DNA of 33,497 nucleotides from Gammaproteobacteria bacterium (GTDB lineage Bacteria; Pseudomonadota; Gammaproteobacteria; Pseudomonadales; Pseudohongiellaceae): NCBI GenBank assembly GCA_007571115.1, contig RKSA01000255.1, positions 1 to 33,497 of the forward strand, read 5' to 3'. Shown piece by piece: positions 28,560 to 33,497 of this stretch (position 1 is its first letter; each line of letters starts with the position of its first letter). The notes under the pieces were generated by a model. It saw only the letters and a program-made list of their open reading frames with translations, ran no database searches and was not told where the DNA came from. The position numbers and the translations under genes were made by a program.

Positions 28560-28587
28560 GATCCGTGACTATCGAAGGTTAACGAAC

Positions 28588-28941
28588 ATGAGTTTTTATG
28601 AACTGCTGTTGCTTTGCCCGAATATCTTCCTCTCGGTCGGCGTGGTGCCAACGACGATCTATGACAGGGAAACCGGGCAGTACAAGGGATTCGCGAACAT
28701 CCCCACCGTCTTTTGGCTGTTGGTGGCTGCCGTTGCCGCGTGGCTGGTGATCCTGGCTTCGGAAGCGCCGAGGGTTGCGCCTTGGCAATATTCGATCATG
28801 TCCATAGTGCTTGTCGCCCTCGGTGCCCGTTTCGTGGTTGAAGGGCTGCACGAGCACCTGCACGGAACCTGGCTGCACAAGGAAGGCATCTGGCTACTGC
28901 CAAAAAAAGCTGACGCTGGCGATCAGTCGTCGTCTTCGTGA
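28588..28941 (+). CDS. Small integral membrane protein, about 3 TM (117 aa); candidate immunity protein
   Basis: The ATG at 28588 has GAAGG 9 nt upstream. The TM candidates are LLLLCPNIFLSVGVV, IPTVFWLLVAAVAAWLVILA and YSIMSIVLVALGARFVV. The longer TTG-initiated ORF from 28483 would run through the terminator. The 3' end overlaps the convergent cytochrome c' gene by 19 nt. Confidence 0.5.
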   Translation: MSFYELLLLCPNIFLSVGVVPTTIYDRETGQYKGFANIPTVFWLLVAAVAAWLVILASEAPRVAPWQYSIMSIVLVALGARFVVEGLHEHLHGTWLHKEGIWLLPKKADAGDQSSSS

Positions 28942-29402
28942 TAGGCCTCGTGGCAGTTGCCGCAGGTGCCACCGAGGCCTCGCACCGCGCCGAGCGTGGC
29001 TGCCATGTCGCCGCCTGCCGCGACCGTCGCGAACTCGTTGGCAGAATCGACGAGATCCTGGGCCTTGCGCTCGAAGTCGTCCATGTTGTCCCAGATCAGG
29101 TCGAGGGCCTTGGTTTCGACAGCGTAGCCGCGCGTGTCCATGGCGGCGAACAATTCCGGAATCATCGGCGCCATGGCGGCGATGCGGCGGGCATTGCGTT
29201 CGGCAAGCTCGGCATCGAAAGGCGCTCCCCGGGTCATGGCAATGATCGGGCCGATGTTGAAGCCGAGCAGCTTGAATACCGCCTGCCTCGTTGCCGCAGC
29301 ATCAGCGGCCTGTTGTTCCGGCGAAGGCTGCTCCTGGGCCGAAGTGACATGAAACGTGACAGATGCGACCAGGGCCGCGAGCACTAGCAAAGTCTTCTTC
29401 AT
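28923..29402 (-). CDS. Cytochrome c' / class II c-type cytochrome (159 aa)
   Basis: The signal peptide is MKKTLLVLAALVASVTFHVTSA. The body is helical and carries a single CxxCH (CGNCH) a few residues from the C-terminus, which is the hallmark of class II cytochromes c. AGGAG lies upstream. Confidence 0.8.
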   Translation of the reverse strand: MKKTLLVLAALVASVTFHVTSAQEQPSPEQQAADAAATRQAVFKLLGFNIGPIIAMTRGAPFDAELAERNARRIAAMAPMIPELFAAMDTRGYAVETKALDLIWDNMDDFERKAQDLVDSANEFATVAAGGDMAATLGAVRGLGGTCGNCHEAYHEDDD

Positions 29403-29522
29403 TCTCGAAATGCTCCTGTTGCAAGAAGGATTGGGGCAGCCTGCACAGCCTCGGCAGGCACGGCCAATATAAAGCAATCGCGCCAGGATTGTAAGCGCAG
29501 CGACCAGAGCGGCACGAACATC

Positions 29523-30623
29523 CTAATTGGCGACGTCCTTCCAGACGAACATTCGGGTGGCGAGCGCGAAGCCGACCACGAGCCATGCCGCCATGCCCAG
29601 CAGGCTCGGCGCGATTTCGGCGAGGGACGCACCGGCCACGGCGATGTCGCGAAGTGCGGACACGACGAAAGTGAGCGGCAGCACCTGGGCGAGCGGCTGC
29701 ACGAGGTCCGGCATCGCGTCGATCGGGTAGAACACTCCGGAGAGCACGATTTGCGGAAAGATGACGACATTGCCGATGGCCATGATCGCCTGCTGGGTCT
29801 TGGCCATGCTGCCAATGCAAAACCCGATGTTGAGAAACACGATGCTCGCGAGCATCGCGACAAGATAGAACTCGGCGAGGTTGCCGACCATGTTCACGTC
29901 GAGCACGAGCAGCGCGAACGCGAGCAATACCGACAACTGAATCAGCACGATGCCGAGCCGCGCCGCGACGATGGCTGCGACGAAATCGCCCGGCCTGAGC
30001 GGCGTGACGAACAGCCGCTTCAGAATCCCCTTGCGCCGGAACTCGACGACGTTGTAGCCCGAGCCGGCGACGCTCAATTGCATCAAGGTCATCGCCAGCA
30101 GTCCCGGCAGCAGGAAATCGAGATAGCTCTGGGAAAGCGCCTGCACGTTTTCGACTTGCAAGTCGAACATCGCCTCGGTGCCGAGCAATTCGCGCTCGAG
30201 GGCCGCAAGCTTCTGCTCGAGCATCGGCTCGACCAATGGCAGTTGATTGAACTGGGAGGTGTCGGCGAGCAAGCGCAATCCGGTTGCCGCATCACCCGCC
30301 GCCGACTCCTCGAAGCCGGCCGGCAACACGAGCAGCAGCGTCTGCTCTCCAGCAACGAGTTGCTCGCGCAAGTCCTCCTCGGTGCCCATCACGACGGCGA
30401 AGGCAGGGTCGCGGCGCAATTCCTCGATGAATCCGGCAGCGAGCTCGCTTCCCGACTGGTCGGCCACGCCAAGCGCGATCGGCTCCTGCCCGCTGCCGCG
30501 AATGAAGGCGAAAATGCTCAGGAAAACGACGGGAAAGAACAGGCTGAAAAAGATCGACTGCCGATCGCGCAGGAAGATCTTCATGAAATCCTTGGCCAGA
30601 TGGCGCTGCAGTCTGCTCAACAT
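29523..30623 (-). CDS. ABC-2 type transporter permease (366 aa)
   Basis: An N-terminal TM is followed by an extracytoplasmic loop of about 140 aa and then five further TM helices, the YbhR/YbhS-like topology. GAGGA lies 7 nt upstream. The gene begins 13 nt after the ATPase gene. Confidence 0.8.
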   Translation of the reverse strand: MLSRLQRHLAKDFMKIFLRDRQSIFFSLFFPVVFLSIFAFIRGSGQEPIALGVADQSGSELAAGFIEELRRDPAFAVVMGTEEDLREQLVAGEQTLLLVLPAGFEESAAGDAATGLRLLADTSQFNQLPLVEPMLEQKLAALERELLGTEAMFDLQVENVQALSQSYLDFLLPGLLAMTLMQLSVAGSGYNVVEFRRKGILKRLFVTPLRPGDFVAAIVAARLGIVLIQLSVLLAFALLVLDVNMVGNLAEFYLVAMLASIVFLNIGFCIGSMAKTQQAIMAIGNVVIFPQIVLSGVFYPIDAMPDLVQPLAQVLPLTFVVSALRDIAVAGASLAEIAPSLLGMAAWLVVGFALATRMFVWKDVAN

Positions 30624-30636
30624 CGAATGATCCTCG

Positions 30637-31410
30637 TCAGTCGCGCAAGGCGTGGCCGGTCAGGGCGAGGAACACGTCCTCGATATTGCCGTGCAAGGGC
30701 GCTGCGGGCGGTTCGGGAGCATGTTCGCGGATCAACTGCTCGGGGGTATCCTCGGCGACGATCTTGCCATGATCCATGATGGCGATGCGGCCGCAAAGAA
30801 ACTCGGCCTCCTCCATGTTGTGCGTGGTCAGGACGATGGTCATGCCGGAAGCGTTGAGGCCGAGCACGAGTTCCCACAGGCGGCGCTTGGCCTGGGGGTC
30901 TAGCCCCGTGGTCGGTTCGTCGAGAAACAGGATTTTCGGCACGTTGACCAAGGCGCAGGCGATGGAAAACCGCTGCTTCTGCCCGCCGGACAGGCTGGCG
31001 GGCCGCGCCTTGGCCTTTTCCGTCAGATCGACCTTGGCAAGCAGTTCGAGAGCGTCGATTTCGCAGCGGTACAACGCGCCGAACAGATCGAGCAGTTCGA
31101 GCAGGCTCAGCTTGTCGAAGTACTCGCTCGCCTGCAATTGCACGCCGATGATCTTCTTGACGTGATACGGCTCGTTCGCGACATCGATGCCATCGACGAG
31201 GGCCGAGCCGCCGTCGATGTCGATGAGCCCTTCGAGCATTTCCAGGGTCGTTGTCTTGCCGGCGCCATTCGGCCCGAGGATGCCGTAGATCTCGCCTTCG
31301 TGAATGTCGAAGGACACGCCATCAACCGCAGCGAAATCCCGCGACTTGTCCTCGGGCAAGGGGTAGCGCTTGACCAGGCCGGTCACCTGGATGATGGGCG
31401 GCTTGGCCAT
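30637..31410 (-). CDS. ABC transporter ATP-binding protein (257 aa)
   Basis: Walker A (GPNGAGKTT), Q-loop, signature (LSGGQKQR), Walker B (ILFLDEPTTGLD) and H-loop (TTHNMEE) are all present. There are no extra N- or C-terminal domains. Confidence 0.9.
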   Translation of the reverse strand: MAKPPIIQVTGLVKRYPLPEDKSRDFAAVDGVSFDIHEGEIYGILGPNGAGKTTTLEMLEGLIDIDGGSALVDGIDVANEPYHVKKIIGVQLQASEYFDKLSLLELLDLFGALYRCEIDALELLAKVDLTEKAKARPASLSGGQKQRFSIACALVNVPKILFLDEPTTGLDPQAKRRLWELVLGLNASGMTIVLTTHNMEEAEFLCGRIAIMDHGKIVAEDTPEQLIREHAPEPPAAPLHGNIEDVFLALTGHALRD

Positions 31411-31490
31411 TCGCTCGATTGCCTGTTGTGGCTACACGGTTGCCGGACCATTTGGAACCCGGCCCAGCGAACCGGATTCATCGATGCTCG

Positions 31491-33497
31491 CTACCAGATC
31501 GTCACGCGCTGTTCCGGCGGCAGATGGAGTGCGTCCTCGGGCTGCACGCCGAAAGCCTCGTACCATGCGTCGAAGTTGCGCACGACGCCGTTGACGCGAA
31601 ATTCCGCTGGCGAATGCGGGTCTGAACTCAAGCGCTGGATCAGCGCATCCTCGCGATACTTGCGTTGCCAGACCTGGGCCCAGGCAAGAAAGAAGCGCTG
31701 GTCCCCGGTAAGCCCTTCGAGAACTGGCGGTTCCTCGCCATCGAGCGACATGCGATAGGCGCGATAAGCGAGCGACACGCCGCCAACGTCGCCGATGTTT
31801 TCGCCAAGCGTGAATTCGCCGTCGACAAAATAGCCCGGCACGGGCTCGAATGCAGCGTATTGCTCGACGAGCACATCGGCTTGGGCCTCGAAGTTGGCGC
31901 GGTCTTCGTCGGTCCACCAGTTGCGCTGCACGCCGGCCCAGTCGGACTTCGAGCCCTGGTCGTCGAAGCCGTGGCCCATTTCGTGGCCGATGACCGCGCC
32001 GATGCCTCCATAGTTCACCGCCGGGTCGGCGGCGGGATCAAAGAATGGCGGTTGCAGGATTCCCGCCGGGAACACGATCTCGTTGAAGGAAGGGTAGTAA
32101 TAGGCGTTGACGGTTTGCGGCGTCATTCCCCATTCCTCGCGGTCGGTGGGCCGGCCGATTCGCGCAATTTCTTCGCGATAGCGGAATTCGCCGATGTTGC
32201 GGGCATTCTCGAACAGCGAACCCTGCGTGATCTCGATGGCGGAAATGTCCTCCCAGACATCAGGGTAGGCGATCTTGGGGCGGAAGGCTTCGAGCTTCAG
32301 GTACGCTTCCTGCTTGGTTTCCGGCCCCATCCAGTCGTTTTGCTCGATGCTCTGCCGCAGTGCGATGCGCAGATTCTCGACCAGATCCTGCATCTGCTCC
32401 TTGGCCGACTCGGGGAAGTGCCGTTGCACGTAAATTTGTCCAAGAGCCTCGCCGAGGCTATTCCGCGAGCCGACCCGGGCCACGCCACGCTCCCAGCGTT
32501 CGCGCTGCTCGGGAACTCCGCGCAAGACCGTCGAATAGAAATGGAACGCCTCCTGGTCGATCTCCTCGGAAAGCACGCTGGCGCTGCCAGCGATGAGCCG
32601 GTAGCGCAAATAGCTTTTCCAGTCCTCGATGGGAGTCTCGCTGACGAGTGCGACCACCGGTGCCATGGCGCTAGGATAGTTGACGTTCAGGCTGTCGAGT
32701 TCGTCGATTCCCGCAGCGCTGAAATACGAGTCCCAGTCAAAACCGGGATAGTCGGCAACGAACTCGTCCCACGACATCGGGTTGAACGTCAGGTCGCGAT
32801 CGCGGCGTTGCGCCCGGGGCCAGGTATGTTCGGCAATGCGCGTTTCCAGCGCCAGCACGGCTTCGGCCTGGGCTGCGGAGTCGGCGCTGTCGGCGAAATC
32901 GAGCATTCGCCCTATGTGGGCGACGAATTCCTCGCGGACGCGCAGGTATTCTTCGGTATCGACGAGATAGTAGTCGCGATCCGGCAGGCTCAGCCAGGTC
33001 AGCGTCAGCACGAGCTGGTGCTGGTTCGGGTCGGCGCGATTGGCGCCGATGAAGAACGCGAAGGGGCTCGCGGTATTGTCGATTTGCGCGCGACCGAAGG
33101 CGCTGACGAGCTCTTCCATGGTCGAAATCGCGTCGATGGCGGCAAGATCCGGAAGCAATGGACTGATGCCAAGCCCGTTCAGGGTTTCAGTGTCCATGTA
33201 GCTCTGGAAATAGTCGCTGATCTTCTGCTCGATCGAGCCCGGCGCCGGGTCCATGGCGGCAAGATCCTCGATGATCGATCGCACCCGCTCGTCGGAGCGG
33301 TCCGCAAGGACCGAAAACGAGCCGTAGTCGCTGCGGTCGGCCGGCAATTCGAACTCGTCGAGCCAGCGGCCATTGGCGAAACGGAAGAAATCGTCCCCCG
33401 GACGAATCGCCGCGTTCTGGCTGCTAAGATCGATGCCAAAACTGCCGAGTTCAGGCGCCGCCGCAACCTCGCCGACCATCGACCCGCCGGGCGCGGC
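31491..33497 (-). CDS. pepO: M13 family zinc metallopeptidase (PepO / endothelin-converting-enzyme-like), N-terminus beyond the window
   Basis: Motifs present are NAYYYPSFNEIVFPAGILQPPFF, the zinc site VIGHEMGHGFD, GENIGDVGG and a C-terminal W. The frame stays open to the window edge and no signal peptide is in view, so the internal ATG at 33479 is probably not the true start. Confidence 0.85.
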   Translation of the reverse strand, partial: AAPGGSMVGEVAAAPELGSFGIDLSSQNAAIRPGDDFFRFANGRWLDEFELPADRSDYGSFSVLADRSDERVRSIIEDLAAMDPAPGSIEQKISDYFQSYMDTETLNGLGISPLLPDLAAIDAISTMEELVSAFGRAQIDNTASPFAFFIGANRADPNQHQLVLTLTWLSLPDRDYYLVDTEEYLRVREEFVAHIGRMLDFADSADSAAQAEAVLALETRIAEHTWPRAQRRDRDLTFNPMSWDEFVADYPGFDWDSYFSAAGIDELDSLNVNYPSAMAPVVALVSETPIEDWKSYLRYRLIAGSASVLSEEIDQEAFHFYSTVLRGVPEQRERWERGVARVGSRNSLGEALGQIYVQRHFPESAKEQMQDLVENLRIALRQSIEQNDWMGPETKQEAYLKLEAFRPKIAYPDVWEDISAIEITQGSLFENARNIGEFRYREEIARIGRPTDREEWGMTPQTVNAYYYPSFNEIVFPAGILQPPFFDPAADPAVNYGGIGAVIGHEMGHGFDDQGSKSDWAGVQRNWWTDEDRANFEAQADVLVEQYAAFEPVPGYFVDGEFTLGENIGDVGGVSLAYRAYRMSLDGEEPPVLEGLTGDQRFFLAWAQVWQRKYREDALIQRLSSDPHSPAEFRVNGVVRNFDAWYEAFGVQPEDALHLPPEQRVTIW

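Noticed and set aside
28483-28587. TTG-initiated 5' extension of the candidate immunity gene (the 152-aa version)
   Set aside because: The extension would be translated straight through the strong intrinsic terminator hairpin. It has no RBS, whereas the ATG at 28588 has one.
29523-31410. The ABC transporter downstream as the dedicated exporter of the double-glycine peptide
   Set aside because: The ATPase is a bare nucleotide-binding domain and the permease is ABC-2 type. There is no N-terminal C39 peptidase domain and no fused TMD-NBD half-transporter. The genes are on the opposite strand, beyond an unrelated cytochrome gene. A role in self-protection cannot be excluded, but nothing in the sequence supports it.

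Overview
High-GC chromosomal segment, most likely from a gammaproteobacterium. This placement rests on parE-parC preceded by a YqiB/DUF1249 gene, EF-P with its EpmA/EpmB beta-lysylation enzymes, a monomeric isocitrate dehydrogenase and a class I DAHP synthase. I call about 30 protein genes, mostly housekeeping, envelope, redox or signalling functions. Two patches look accessory. (i) At the left edge, a type I restriction R subunit is followed by a membrane-anchored coiled-coil protein built from near-identical 66-bp tandem repeats. (ii) At 27.7-28.9 kb, a 90-aa ORF encodes a textbook double-glycine leader (MRELTIDEMERVDGG) fused to a Gly-rich, GxxxG-laden hydrophobic core, which looks like a class II microcin/bacteriocin precursor. 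It is flanked by two small 3-TM membrane proteins and followed by a strong intrinsic terminator. It sits in a locally AT-rich patch, and no C39-peptidase ABC exporter is present in the window. This is my best candidate for an undescribed system. Two further points are notable: two adjacent signalling proteins whose GGDEF, EAL and cyclase-like domains all look catalytically degenerate, and a 14-nt tandem repeat in the icd leader. I recognised no rRNA, tRNA, CRISPR array, transposase or integrase. All functional calls come from reading motifs in the translated ORFs and recalling family consensus sequences. No database search was possible.
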